Below, one piece after another: positions 10,219 through 21,032 of a DNA stretch of 64,000 bases. How positions within the stretch are numbered: the stretch's first letter is position 1; each line of letters begins with the position of its first letter. The stretch covers positions 1,728,001-1,792,000 of the forward strand of contig OZ240248.1 in assembly GCA_965198235.1 (NCBI GenBank), written 5' to 3'. The DNA comes from Candidatus Poribacteria bacterium (lineage in GTDB: Bacteria > Poribacteria > WGA-4E > WGA-3G). The position numbers were made by a program, and so were the translations under genes. Below the pieces are notes generated by a model. That model had not been told where the DNA came from. It saw only the letters and a list, made by a program, of their open reading frames with translations, and did not search any database.

Positions 10219-10331
10219 CTATAGTGAAGTCAATTGATAGGGTGCCTCTTCGCAATTTGTAACCCTCCTATCTACGAAACATGGAAGTTGTATAAGTTCC
10301 TTTGATAAAATGACACTTCTGGAGATGTCTG

Positions 10332-10751
10332 GTGAGAAACGACGATATTGTATTGATTCAACGCATCCTTGCGGGTGACGCAATTGCCTTTGAGAGCCTG
10401 GTTAGAAAGTACCAGAAACGGGTTCACACGCTCGCATGGCGGAAAATTGGGGATTTTCATATCGCCGAGGATATTACGCAGGAAACCTTCCTGCAAGTCT
10501 ATCAGAAATTGGAAACTCTGGAGGATCCGACGCGGTTTCCAAGGTGGCTTTATGTGATTGCGGATCGCCTCTGTATCGCTTGGCTCCGAAAAAACCAGCG
10601 ACAAACTGAACTGCTGGAAGACACTGACATCTCAGAAATAGAGACAGAGGCGTATTCCCGATATATCGCGACGGAACACGCGAAAACTTTTGCTGAAGCG
10701 CGACGCGACTTGGTAGAAGAGTTGCTTGCGAAGTTGAAGGAAGGCAACCGA
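10332..10751 (+). pseudogene. ECF sigma factor truncated at the start of region 4
   Basis: Region 2 intact (AEDITQETFLQVY, FPRWLYVIA); similarity to the 17084 paralog ends at LLAKLKEGNR, then switches to dnaN-like sequence in another frame. Confidence 0.8.
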
Positions 10752-10753
10752 AG

Positions 10754-11101
10754 GTGCGTACAGTTGTGCGGAAAGAACCCATTTTGCATGCGACACAGCG
10801 GATTTCGTCAATCTCAAATCCGAAAACCTTTAAGGTCTGTTTAGAGATAGAGGAGCAACAGATTCGGATTTCGGCGGAAACCCCCGAGCCAAATGAAGAG
10901 TATGAAACATTAGCAGTGGAATCCAGCACGGGGAGTATCCGTATCGGTTTTGATGCGCGGCTGCTGATCGAGACACTCGCGCACATCGGAACGGAGTCTC
11001 TGGCACTGGAGTTCTCGGGGGCGTTGGATCCTGTGATTGTTAGACCGATTGGTGAGGAAGGACATATCTGCCTCATCATGCCGATGCTCTTGAAATCGTG
11101 A
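10754..11101 (+). pseudogene. dnaN: DNA polymerase III beta clamp, C-terminal domain III only (paralogous fragment)
   Basis: RISSIS...V.LEI....IRISA...E..E.LAV.....IRIGFD.RLLIETL..I....L.LEF.....PVIV......CLIMPMLL matches beta-clamp domain III; no RBS of its own and no dnaA/recF context. Confidence 0.8.
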
Positions 11102-11136
11102 TAGCACCTTCTTTTGAAAAGTTTTTGACAGCTTGT

Positions 11137-11238
11137 AAGTTATAGCGAAACCCGAAAATATGTAGACACCTTGGTGAGCAAAGGTCCCTCTCCTTCGCTG
11201 GCGGGGTTTCTAACCCCGCCTATCCACAATGTCAAAGT
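11137..11238. repeat. REP-containing insertion abutting the truncated phyH gene
   Basis: Contains palindrome ggcggggtttctaaccccgcc (about 11199-11220); layout resembles the element at 39963-40060. Confidence 0.45.
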
Positions 11239-11740
11239 AGGGGCACCTCCACTCTATTGGCATCAAGATTGGTACTATTGGAATGATCCAATTAGCTGTG
11301 CGCCTTGGCCTCAACATATCTTTATGAAGTATTATCTTACTGATACAACACCAGAAACCGGCTGTTTAAAGGTTATTCCCGGTACACATCGCAAGCGCAT
11401 TGATTTACACGATCAACTTCTGTATGCAAGCAAACTTGGTAATGTTTTACAGCCAGGATCGGAATCAAAGGAAAAATATTCTGTGATGTTCAGTGACCAT
11501 CCGGATCAGGTGGATGTTTGCGTCAAAGCAGGTTCATTAGTGATACGAGACACACGCCTTCTGCATTCAGTACGAAAAAACTATACGGACAGACGACGCA
11601 CAATGCTTCTCGTATGGACCGCCCGTCCAAAAACCATCCCAGACTATTGGAACGATGAAATTTCTGAACCCGTTTTGAATCGAGATGAAAACAAGGACTA
11701 TCCCAGTTCACAGATCCCCAATGAATTTTTAAAAAGGTAA
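11239..11740 (+). pseudogene. Phytanoyl-CoA dioxygenase (PhyH) family, 5'-truncated
   Basis: WHQD, GCLKVIPGTH, RLLHS..N....RR; N-terminal domain absent and replaced by repeat-derived sequence. Confidence 0.75.
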
Positions 11741-11759
11741 CGAAAACCTGTAAGAAGAA

Positions 11760-13325
11760 ATGATGTTACGAACGCTAATACGTCAAGAACTCCTGATTCA
11801 TCTGATGAGTGCGCGTTTTTTTGCTGCGGTCGTCATTACACTCCTGCTTGTTGTTGCCAATACGTTTGTCTTGATCGGCGCGTATGAAGAACGTCTCGCC
11901 GACTATAGCCAGAAGGAAGCTGTGAATCGTGAGAATGTCGCGTCGACCTCCACCTATTCGGTCTTAAGGTTAAAGGTTCAGCGTCCTCCCAACCCCCTGA
12001 GTCTCTTTAGTGCTGGCTTAGAAACGCGTTTTGGTAGTGAGATTGACATAGCCTTTGACAGCGTGCCAGCCCTCTCAAACCCCATAGTTGATGTCAGACC
12101 AGAGGAAGAGCAGTGGGCATTTGGCAGCGTACCGTCCCTCTCAAGCCCCGGAGCACCCCTCGGTATAAATAACCCATATCTGCATCTCTTTTCACAGATA
12201 GATCTTGTCTTTATCTTTCAAGTTGTGTTGAGTCTACTGTCCCTGCTTTTCGCTTATGATGCCATTGCCGGAGATTGGGAAACCGGCACCTTGCGTTTGG
12301 TGCTTTCACACCCTGTCGGACGCGGAAGTGTCCTGCTTGCCAAATATATTGCGGCGATGGTTTGCCTGCTACTCCCCGTGTTGATGAGCCTACTGCTCAC
12401 ACTGATTCAGTGTTCCCTGGCGCGTTCGCTGCAATTCAGCACAGATGATTTTCTACGAATTGGCGGCATTGTTTTAACGACAATCGTCTACCTGTCGGTT
12501 TTCTACCTGATCGGTCTTCTCGTTTCCGCTATAACCCGTCGTGCTGCCACATCCCTGATGCTCTGCATGTTCATATACGTAGTTCTGGTACTCGTCTATC
12601 CAAACTGGAGCCGATTTGCCCTGAACCCAATGGGCAACATGCGTGCAGAAAAAATATCCACTGACAGGCGGATAGCGCAGATTCGGGAAGAAGCAAATCG
12701 AGAACGGAATCGGTTCTTGGCGAGTAGTCCGCTTAAGGGAGAACCCCCGATATTTTCAGATACCGAAGGGATTTCAACGCTCTTTAGTGGAGCGGGATAT
12801 TTCTTCCTCGGGGACTTCCCTCGGGTTAACCTTGAATTGAAAAACGCAGCAGCCCCCTTGGCACTACACTTCCGCCGTTATTATGCATTCGCCGCGCCCC
12901 TGCAAATCCGGAGTGCCGAAAAAGTCGGCTTCGTCGGTCAGCAACTGGTGGCGCAGACATCCCTCCGGCAAGCACAGTCGGATGAACGTCTCATGAAGCT
13001 CAGTCCTGCGAGTCTCTACACGTTTGCTACCGCTGCGTGGGCAGGCACCGATTTAGACAGCATGGTGGATTATGTCCAAACCGCGCGGGCATACCGACGT
13101 ACCCTCATTGACACCTTTCATGAAAGAGATACCTTCGGGAGTCTACAGTGGTTTGCCCCGAATCAAGGGAATATAGACTGGTCGATCCTACCTCGCTTTC
13201 ACTTTGAGCGGTCAGAAGTCGGCATCAACGCGCAGCGCGCCCTGCCTGAACTGTTTTTGCTGTTATGCACCAATATCGTCCTATTCATGACGACATTTTT
13301 GATTTTTCTTAAAGTTGAAGTGTAG
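11760..13325 (+). CDS. ABC-2 type permease with large extracytoplasmic loops
   Basis: LLFAYDAIAGDWETGTLRLVLSHPV...LLAKY motif; multiple TM helices. Confidence 0.88.
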   Translation: MMLRTLIRQELLIHLMSARFFAAVVITLLLVVANTFVLIGAYEERLADYSQKEAVNRENVASTSTYSVLRLKVQRPPNPLSLFSAGLETRFGSEIDIAFDSVPALSNPIVDVRPEEEQWAFGSVPSLSSPGAPLGINNPYLHLFSQIDLVFIFQVVLSLLSLLFAYDAIAGDWETGTLRLVLSHPVGRGSVLLAKYIAAMVCLLLPVLMSLLLTLIQCSLARSLQFSTDDFLRIGGIVLTTIVYLSVFYLIGLLVSAITRRAATSLMLCMFIYVVLVLVYPNWSRFALNPMGNMRAEKISTDRRIAQIREEANRERNRFLASSPLKGEPPIFSDTEGISTLFSGAGYFFLGDFPRVNLELKNAAAPLALHFRRYYAFAAPLQIRSAEKVGFVGQQLVAQTSLRQAQSDERLMKLSPASLYTFATAAWAGTDLDSMVDYVQTARAYRRTLIDTFHERDTFGSLQWFAPNQGNIDWSILPRFHFERSEVGINAQRALPELFLLLCTNIVLFMTTFLIFLKVEV

Positions 13326-13383
13326 AATAGTTGTCGGGCTTCAGCTATCGGTTTTCAGTCAGCCTGGAGGTTAGGTTCAACCG

Positions 13384-13488
13384 GTGGGGGCCAAGGCGTG
13401 TAAGCCCAACCAGCGGGCGGGCTGGATATACGAGGGAAATCGTTCCTTCTACAGCTGTTCTGACCGAACCGCAAGGAAGATTAAAGAA
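13384..13488 (+). repeat. Intergenic element (CCGCAAGG end type, atypical hairpin) ending at a start codon
   Basis: ggatatacg...ctgaccgaaccgcaaggaagattaaagaa directly before ATG 13489; homologous to the 27173 and 33164 copies. Confidence 0.65.
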
Positions 13489-14273
13489 ATGATTTGGCAT
13501 ATTGTCACACGTGAACTTTTAGACCATCTCACGAGTCTACGCTTTGGCTTAACCACGTTCATCCTTGTAGCATTAATGGTAACCAACGCCGTTGTGCATC
13601 TTCAGACACATCCGGAACGGGTTCGGAAGTATTCTGAAAAGGTTAACGCGTCTCAGACCGAGTTGAAGTCCAGAACGCAGTTGTATGCGCTGTTGCAAAA
13701 GGGACTGCCTTCGACCAAATTAGGAGCGATTTCGTGAATAAATGGGAAACTTTAAGAGAACGCCGTCAATCCGCAGAAACCTTGCAGGAAGAAGTTGCAG
13801 GGGTAGACACTTCAGAATTAGAGATCCAGCGGGAGTTCGTCAACAAAGATATGGAGATTCGGGAGCGGCTTAGCCGCCAGCATCTCGCTGCACAAAGTGC
13901 TCAAGTGCTGCACGCAAGACGGATAACCCGGTGTTCACCCGCTGCGATTGTTCAATACGCGCTTGAATCCATGGCAGGCACAGGCTTTAATCGCCATTTG
14001 CAATTCTTAGAGTCCGCCAATCTTCATATCCGACAGTTCCGAAACTTCATTACTGAAATGGATCGGAGCGATCCGGAGAGTCTTCACATCATAGGGATCC
14101 GGGAAGGCATGTCGAAAACGCCCGTCCCACCAGAGGCTATCCCGATATTTGAGGATAAGTTATCTTTTCAGGATACGCTCGACCCCGCAATGGTAGATAT
14201 ATTATTGCTCATTTTACTGCTCGGTGTATCTCTTACAAGTGCATTCCTCGTTTTCCTGCGTTCAGAGATATAA
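13489..14273 (+). pseudogene. Second ABC-2 permease with large internal deletion and frameshift near 13705
   Basis: N-terminus MIWHIVTRELLDHLTSLRF and C-terminus ITRCSPA...FLVFLRSEI parallel the upstream permease; central TM core is missing. Confidence 0.78.
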
Positions 14274-14311
14274 GCCACCGTGAGAGGCACAACGAAAAAT
14301 CAAGTGATTTT

Positions 14312-14599
14312 ACCTCCCTCGCTCGAGAACAGGGTGCTTTAGCAGTAGGCGTTGTGACACGTCCATTCAACTTTGAAGGTCGGCGTCGCGCTGAACAAGC
14401 GAAACGTGGGCTGCAGGAACTTCAAGAAAATGTTGATTCTGTCGTTGTTGTGCAAAATCAACGATTGCTCGATTCGATAGAGGCGAAACAGAAACTACCG
14501 ATGACAATACGTGAGGCGTTCCATCTAAGCGATGAAATGCTGCTCCGCGGCGTTGAAAGCAGCATCTCAGAATTCCATTCCAGTACCCTGCGAAATTAA
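14312..14599 (+). pseudogene. ftsZ: FtsZ GTPase-domain fragment (paralogous)
   Basis: TSLAREQGALAVGVVTRPFNFEGRRRAEQAKRGLQELQENVDSVVVVQNQRLL...AFHLSDEMLLRGV; lacks GGGTGTG and stops before the T7 loop. Confidence 0.85.
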
Positions 14600-14682
14600 C
14601 ATCGGTAGTGCAGCTTTGATGCTGCAAGTTAGATGTTAGTTTGAATATATAATTAGCGTGGAGGTTAACCCTTTAAAAACGC

Positions 14683-14723
14683 TTTGATGGGGATTAAGAA
14701 TTTTATTCTTAATCCCCATCAAA
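14683..14723. repeat. Perfect 19-bp inverted repeat with 3-nt loop
   Basis: tttgatggggattaagaat-ttt-attcttaatccccatcaaa. Confidence 0.85.
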
Positions 14724-14771
14724 TTGTGAAGCCAATTCCTAAAGATGTTCTGAATCGGAGGAAGTTAATTG

Positions 14772-16823
14772 ATGAAAACGCCGAAGTTTACAACGGCAAA
14801 GGCTCGCGTAGCGCACGGGTGTATCACAAACAAACAGGTAAAACAGAAAAATTATTCAATAGTCTTATTCATTACACTATTGTTTACATTAATCACAAAC
14901 TTACAAACCTGGGCTCAAGAAAACACACAGACCGTTCTGAAAGAACTTCCCGCTCTCAAAACAGATCAGGCACCCACCATTGATGGGGTCCTCAACGATG
15001 CTTGTTGGAAAGACGCGCCACAAGCCATCGGTTTCACCGATGAACGCACTGAAAAGCCAGCAAAGAACCAATCGGTCGGTCAGGTCGTTTACACGGACAC
15101 AGCCATCTACGTCGGACTTCACCTCTACGATGATATGCCTGACAAAATTGTGGCGCGTCAGACCAAAGACCAGACGCGAATCCGCGGAGAAGACTGGGTT
15201 TCCTTCAGTCTTGACCCGTTTCACACACATCAGTTTTCTGACAGAAATTTCTTTATCGTAAATCCTCTCGGCACAAAATACGCTCACCTTGCCACGGGAC
15301 GTGCTGAGAGAAGCGAATGGATTGGGCTCTGGAAAACAGCAGCGCAGATTGTGGAAGATGGATGGGTCGTGGAGATGGAAATCCCGTGGCAGATGCTCGA
15401 TTATCCCGACACAACTAAACCTGTTCGGATGGGTATCAACATTGACAGATTGCAACAACGCACCGGTGAACGTTCTTGGTGGTGTGATCTTGGTGTTCAG
15501 GAATTTCGGGAAAACGATGGACACTGGATTGATGTGCTGCCCCCGCCTCGTCAGCGCGAACTCAAGGTGTTACCCTATCTGATTGGCGGTATCAGTGAAA
15601 CGGAAACCGAAGAGAGAGAATATACTGCTCGCGCAGGCGCGGACATCCGTTATGAGGTTACCCCGCAACTGCGACTCATTGGCACAGCAAACCCTGACTT
15701 TGACAATATTGAACAGGCTGTGGAGGGCATCGATTTCTCTTACGGTGAACGCTACGTGCCCGATCGCCGTCCGTTCTTTTCGGAAGGCGGCAACGTCTAT
15801 CGCCTTGGTCGCCTGTTCCATTCGCGGCGGATAATGGATATGGACGGAGGGCTTAAACTCTTCGGGAAAATCGGGAAAAACACCTCAGTAGGCACCCTCG
15901 GCACCTATCACCGGAACAACCAGAACGTTATTCTTCAAGCCACGCAATCGTTAACAGCAACATCCAATATCAGCGCGGCGTTCCTTTCGCATCATCACCG
16001 GGACACCGGAGCGAACAATGTAGGTTATCTTTCTGGAGATGTACGCCACGGTAAATTTACAGTGGGTTCTAACCTCACTCAAACTTGGGCAGACGCATCG
16101 GATGGGAGGAATGGGTTCATCAGCCTAGGCTACAACGGATCGCTCTTCCAACCCTACCTGTCCGCGTTTTTTGTGGATCCGGATTTCGTCAATAGACTCG
16201 GTTACCGTCCGTTCACCGGATACCGTGGTGTAGGTTTGGGTAGCTTCATACAAAACGAATGGCGTGAAGGACTCTTCCGCAGAGCATCCGCTTCTATCCA
16301 AAGCCAGATCTCTAATACTTACGAAGGCGAGGTCTTCCGGCGTGACTTCTATGTATCTTCACTTATCCTAATGCATAGTGACTATGCACTCGCCGCTGGA
16401 TGGAGGGGCGGGCAATTTGAAGAATTCAGCGATAGCGTTTTCAGCATTGGATTCCGTGCACGCGCTTCTGATAGGTTCAACAATGTTGGTATAACCTACA
16501 ATTGGGGTGAACAGGCAGGGGAGACGATTCATCGCATCAGCGGAAATCTAAATCTCCGCGCCTACGACTTCACGGTAGGACTCGCCTCACGCGTCCAATG
16601 GCATTTTGAGAGGCGCTACCAACAGATTCTAACGCTCACATACGACTTCAGTCCCGCCTTAAGCCTCGGTAGTCGACTAATCTGGCAAGCAGAAGGTGTT
16701 AATATCTATTTCGCATTACGCCGTTCTGGCTATGTTGGCACCGATTTTTTCATCATCCTCGGCGATCCCAACGCCTCGGAATTCAAACAACGTCTGATTG
16801 CTAAGGTGATCCGTGCATTTTAG
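14772..16823 (+). CDS. CBM9-like / DUF5916 family outer-membrane protein
   Basis: Signal-like segment; APTIDGVLNDACW, GWVVEMEIPW, NPDFDNIE, DRRPFFSEG, LFHSRRI; beta-barrel-like C-terminus ending in F. Confidence 0.75.
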   Translation: MKTPKFTTAKARVAHGCITNKQVKQKNYSIVLFITLLFTLITNLQTWAQENTQTVLKELPALKTDQAPTIDGVLNDACWKDAPQAIGFTDERTEKPAKNQSVGQVVYTDTAIYVGLHLYDDMPDKIVARQTKDQTRIRGEDWVSFSLDPFHTHQFSDRNFFIVNPLGTKYAHLATGRAERSEWIGLWKTAAQIVEDGWVVEMEIPWQMLDYPDTTKPVRMGINIDRLQQRTGERSWWCDLGVQEFRENDGHWIDVLPPPRQRELKVLPYLIGGISETETEEREYTARAGADIRYEVTPQLRLIGTANPDFDNIEQAVEGIDFSYGERYVPDRRPFFSEGGNVYRLGRLFHSRRIMDMDGGLKLFGKIGKNTSVGTLGTYHRNNQNVILQATQSLTATSNISAAFLSHHHRDTGANNVGYLSGDVRHGKFTVGSNLTQTWADASDGRNGFISLGYNGSLFQPYLSAFFVDPDFVNRLGYRPFTGYRGVGLGSFIQNEWREGLFRRASASIQSQISNTYEGEVFRRDFYVSSLILMHSDYALAAGWRGGQFEEFSDSVFSIGFRARASDRFNNVGITYNWGEQAGETIHRISGNLNLRAYDFTVGLASRVQWHFERRYQQILTLTYDFSPALSLGSRLIWQAEGVNIYFALRRSGYVGTDFFIILGDPNASEFKQRLIAKVIRAF

Positions 16824-16939
16824 ACTCCTTAGTATTTCCACTGCATAATCTTCCAGAAGAGCATTTTGTGAATGCTCCAGAATTGTCCCCACAAAATAAC
16901 TTCTAAAAAATTCAGGTTTTTCCATTTTTTTCAACAAGA

Positions 16940-16967
16940 TGCACGTTTTTTGATCAAACTTTCGTCT
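16940..16967 (+). promoter_or_regulatory. ECF-type (probably autoregulatory) promoter
   Basis: TGCACG-17 nt-CGTCT, about 117 nt upstream of the sigma gene. Confidence 0.55.
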
Positions 16968-17083
16968 TTAATAATAGAACGTGCGAACCGCATCGGACTG
17001 CTTAATTTTACAAAACTCGACATTTGATTTAACCTTTTGACGAATGCAAGCACTCCCCAATTTGTCCATTAGGAGGAAGTTTC

Positions 17084-18788
17084 ATGGAAAGAGAAGACGA
17101 TGTTCAACTAATTCGCAAAATTCTATCAGGCGACGACGCTGCGTTTGGTATCTTGGTCGAAAAGTACCAAAAAAGCGTTCATGCCCTTGCATGGCGGAAA
17201 ATCCAAGATTTTCACTATGCGGAAGAGATTATGCAAGACACCTTCCTTAGGGCATACAAAAAACTTCCGACACTCAAGAATCCCAATCAATTTGCTGGGT
17301 GGCTCTATGTCATCGCAAATCGGCTTTGCATTGATTGGATGCGAAGCCAAAAGTCTGTGATGCAATCCTTGGAGGACACACCTATTGAAGAAATCGAGGA
17401 ATCCTCTTATACACATCATATATCGGAACAGCGGATGACAGAGAGAACCGAGCGTTACCATGAACTTGTGAAAAAACTTTTGGAGAAACTGCCGGAGAAT
17501 GAACGCGCAGTTGTAACACTCTTCTATCTTGACGAAATGTCAACGAAAGAGATCAGCAAATTCGTGGGAGTGTCGGTGAATACAATTACGAGTCGACTCC
17601 ACCGAGCGCGAAAGCGTCTGCAAACAGATCATGGACCCTTGGTTCAAGAATTCTTTGGTCATTCACAATTATCAGATAATCTGAAGGAGAACATCATGAG
17701 ACAATTAGAAGAAATTCGCAGCAAGTTCAATTCATTCATGGAACAAGTGAAAGCTGACCCCGCATCAAGAGAGGATATTCTTAAGGAAGCACACAACGAG
17801 ATTGAAGATGCGCTTAAGGATGGAATCACACCTGGGTTGGTCCATCTTGCTGCCGATGATATATACCCCTATATGGGCAAACTCGGAATGGAAAAACGGA
17901 TCTCTCTACTCCGTAAGTATATGGATGACGCGCTGGAGGATACGGAGCGTTTCTGGGCGCATGACGGGTTAGTCAGTAGTCTCGCTTTTCTTGATAGAAA
18001 TCGAGAAGCTATTGAGGAACACGCTCGGCTTTACCGTTGGACGTGGGCAAGCACTTGCCGGATAAATATGTGTTGGAGACCATGCTTCCAATCTGAGCGT
18101 AGCCGGATGTTGGGCGGCGGAAGATCGTCTTGATGACTGGATTCAACTTTATAATGAAGTCTCTGAACGCTTAGAGAACCCCGGCGTGAGTTACTACAGC
18201 CGTTGCGATTTCCTGCAAACCGGAGCAGATGTCTTACGATGCAACGACAGGTTCGATGAGGCACTCCTTGGAATAGAAAAGTTGGAACGTGCTAACAACG
18301 AACCCGATTCAGAGCATTATTTTCGATTCTGGTTGATTGCCAAAGAAAATCGACTTCTCATGTACGGTAAACAGGAAGATTGGGGGCGTTTCGATCAAAT
18401 TTTTTCGGAAATGAGTGCCTATATGGAAGGAGAGTTGAAGAAACGGGATGCAGGTCAACCCGTAAATCTCAACGACCTTATGTGGTTAGCACACGATATC
18501 GGTTGTTGTCTGTTGTGGTCGAAGAAGTATAACGAGGCGAGACATTTCCTACAAGTCGCCATTGATTTGGAAGATAACAACGATTATGGGCACTTCCAAC
18601 TCGCTGTGAGCATTTGGGCTTCTGAGAAGGATCGTGAGAAGACTTTACATCATTTAAAGATCGCTCAGGACTGCTATGTGGTAAATCCCTATAATCAGGA
18701 TACGTACTACCCGACTTTCCTTGAGACCCCTGAATTTTCGGATGTAAAAGATGATAAAGAGTTTCTGAAGGTTCTGGGACAGACGTAG
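17084..18788 (+). CDS. ECF sigma factor with long helical/TPR-like C-terminal extension; frameshifted at about 18045 and 18085 (pseudogene or sequencing error)
   Basis: Regions 2 and 4 complete; AGGAGG RBS; reading continues KHLPDKYVLETM then SNLSVAGCWAAEDRL... into ORF 18186..18788 with a TPR-like end. Confidence 0.75.
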
Positions 18789-18935
18789 GACAGCAATAAT
18801 TCAGGTGATTATAGTAAAACCTGAGAGTCTGTAGGCAATTGTTCAGTGAACGAGGGAAACATCTAAGCAAAACACCCTTATCTCCGCTGGCGACGGTTGT
18901 ATCCTCGCCTATCCCCAATATTCAAGGAGTTGTAT

Positions 18936-20135
18936 ATGAAGTTTCGTGATGCTATCACCGCGGGCGTAAAGCCCCTCGCGCAAAATAGACTCCGTGCCGG
19001 ATTGTCCATTCTCGGCATCTTCATCGGGATTGCGGGTGTGCTGTGCATGATCGCTATCGGCGATGGCGGGAAACTTATCATCGCTCAAAACCTTGAAATG
19101 ATGGGTGGTGCCAATCAAATCGCATTCTGGACACGGACTTCTATTTGGAAGGGCCGACGGCTCGTCCGACGCACTACAGAACGATATACCCTTAAGGACG
19201 CTTCTGCAGTTGAGGCAGAATGCCCCGATGTGCTGTATGTCTTGCCTAAAGTAGAAGACTTCAACACCTTTGTTAGCAGCCGAAACGGGAATCAAGCGAA
19301 AGCGCGTTTAGAAGGTATCACAACGGACTACGCTCCCGGCATGGGTTGGGCAGTTCACGCCGGCAGATTCCTCTCCGACAACGATATCGAAGATGCAAAG
19401 CAGGTCTGTGTTCTGGGTGCTAACACCGCCAGTGAACTTTTCGGAGAGGTGTCGCCCATCGGACAAGAGGTGAAGCTTCGGTATCATTGGCGGCAATCGC
19501 AGATCAGGTTACGGGTTATCGGGGTGATGGCAACAAAAGGCATGAGCCTCAGCGACACGTATTCTTTGGATGATGCTATTTCTGTGCCATTGACAACCTA
19601 TCAACAACGGGTGAAAGGTTTTCGTTACGTTGACTACTTGCTCGTCTTTTTTAACAAAGGCGCGGCAGAGGTCAACAGTATTATTGATTCCGTTAAGAAC
19701 ACTCTGCGTAAAAGACACCGAGGGAAAGATGAATTTATCGGCGTTTGGAGAGCGAAACTGACGGCTCACCGACTTTACCACATTCAAAAAGTAATAAAAA
19801 TCACCTTGGGCAGTCATTGCGGGTTTCTCACTATTCGTCAGTGGTGTCGGTATCATGAATATCTGTCTCGTTTCTGTCGGTGAAAAAACGCGTGAGATAG
19901 GTTTACGAAAATCGGTGGGGGCGAAACGGATTGACATCTTCTATCAGTTCTTGACGGAATCAATCTGTCTCTGTTTCTGTGGTGGGGTGCTCGGCATCGC
20001 CGGTGGTTGGGGTGCGGCGCACGGGATGGCATGGCTTGCGGTGCGGATTGTGCCAATTGTGGAAACGTGGCCCGTCGTCCTCTCCTGCGGGCGGCGCGAT
20101 TTTCACCTGTCGACGCACTCCACACCGAGAATTAA
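18936..20135 (+). pseudogene. MacB/FtsX-family permease with +1 frameshift (about 19815) and deletion of the last TM helix (about 20085)
   Basis: Paralog of 8561; after WPVVLS the sequence jumps to RAARFSPVDALHTEN* in another frame. Confidence 0.8.
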
Positions 20136-20150
20136 CATTGGCAAGCCGAT

Positions 20151-20196
20151 TCTGGAGGGTTCGGGAGATTATATCGTCGAAAGTCCGTTGAAGTGA
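20151..20196 (+). pseudogene. DUF5694 extreme C-terminal remnant
   Basis: LEGSGDYIVESPLK matches the end of all three DUF5694 genes at protein and DNA level. Confidence 0.75.
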
Positions 20197-20288
20197 GTGT
20201 GCTACATATTTTGATAATTACCATAATTAGCAAACAACTAAAGACCGCGGTGTCAACATTTACGCGGCGCACAGGAGAGGAATTGCAC

Positions 20289-21010
20289 ATGCAAACTCAA
20301 AAATCTCAAGAAGCTCAAAGATTACTTGACTCCGTAAAAGAATTCTTCAATGGATCCAAGGAGCTTGATCTCCGCAGAGGCGAAGTTGAAAAGGGTTTAT
20401 CGGAGACGGAGCAGGCGTTTGTCAAGAAACTTCCAATCGACAGTTATCTGTTGGACATCGGTTGTGCGACAGGACGATTGTGCTTTGCACTTGCACAACA
20501 GGGGTATACCATTACCGGTATTGATGTTGCAGCGAAACAGATTGAACAAGCACAACAAATTGCTGAAAAAGAGCGGATTAATGTGACGTTTCTGCATTGC
20601 GAACCCCCAACACTACCGTTTCCCGATGCGTCCTTCGCAGCGGCATTTTTGATAAAAACCTACTGTTATGTGCCGCATCGTGCCGCCCGCATTGCGTTTT
20701 TAGAAGAGGTCGCGCGGGTCCTTAGTCCCGACGGGTTACTCTTTATGACCCAGCACATCCTTGACCCTTTCCTTGACAGTTACGAACCAATTTACGATGA
20801 CAACTATCACCAATCCGCTGCAGATTATGAAACGTTGGAAGAAGGCGACAATTTTACGTCAGGGATGCCGAGTTACGTCCACTGGTTTTTTGCGCCAGAT
20901 CTCAAAGCGGAGTTGGACGAATCCCGTTCCAACTTGTTGATTCGTCTGTGAAGCGGGAAATGCTATCGTGTGTTTTGCGGAAGCGCGACACAGATTACGT
21001 GTCAGGCTAA
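20289..21010 (+). CDS. Class I SAM-dependent methyltransferase (probable -1 indel at about 20924)
   Basis: LLDIGCATGR, LPFPDASF, RVLSPDG; adding one C in atccc gives PFQLVDSSVKREMLSCVLRKRDTDYVSG*; otherwise it ends at 20951. Confidence 0.8.
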
Positions 21011-21032
21011 AGACGGAGAATGCTAATTGACA

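Noticed and set aside
10754-14599. Housekeeping dnaN or ftsZ loci
   Set aside because: Both are partial and divergent, and lack dnaA/recF or ftsA/ftsQ context.
18865-18938. Possible WD40 tail remnant (QNTLISAGDGCIL)
   Set aside because: Too short to support.
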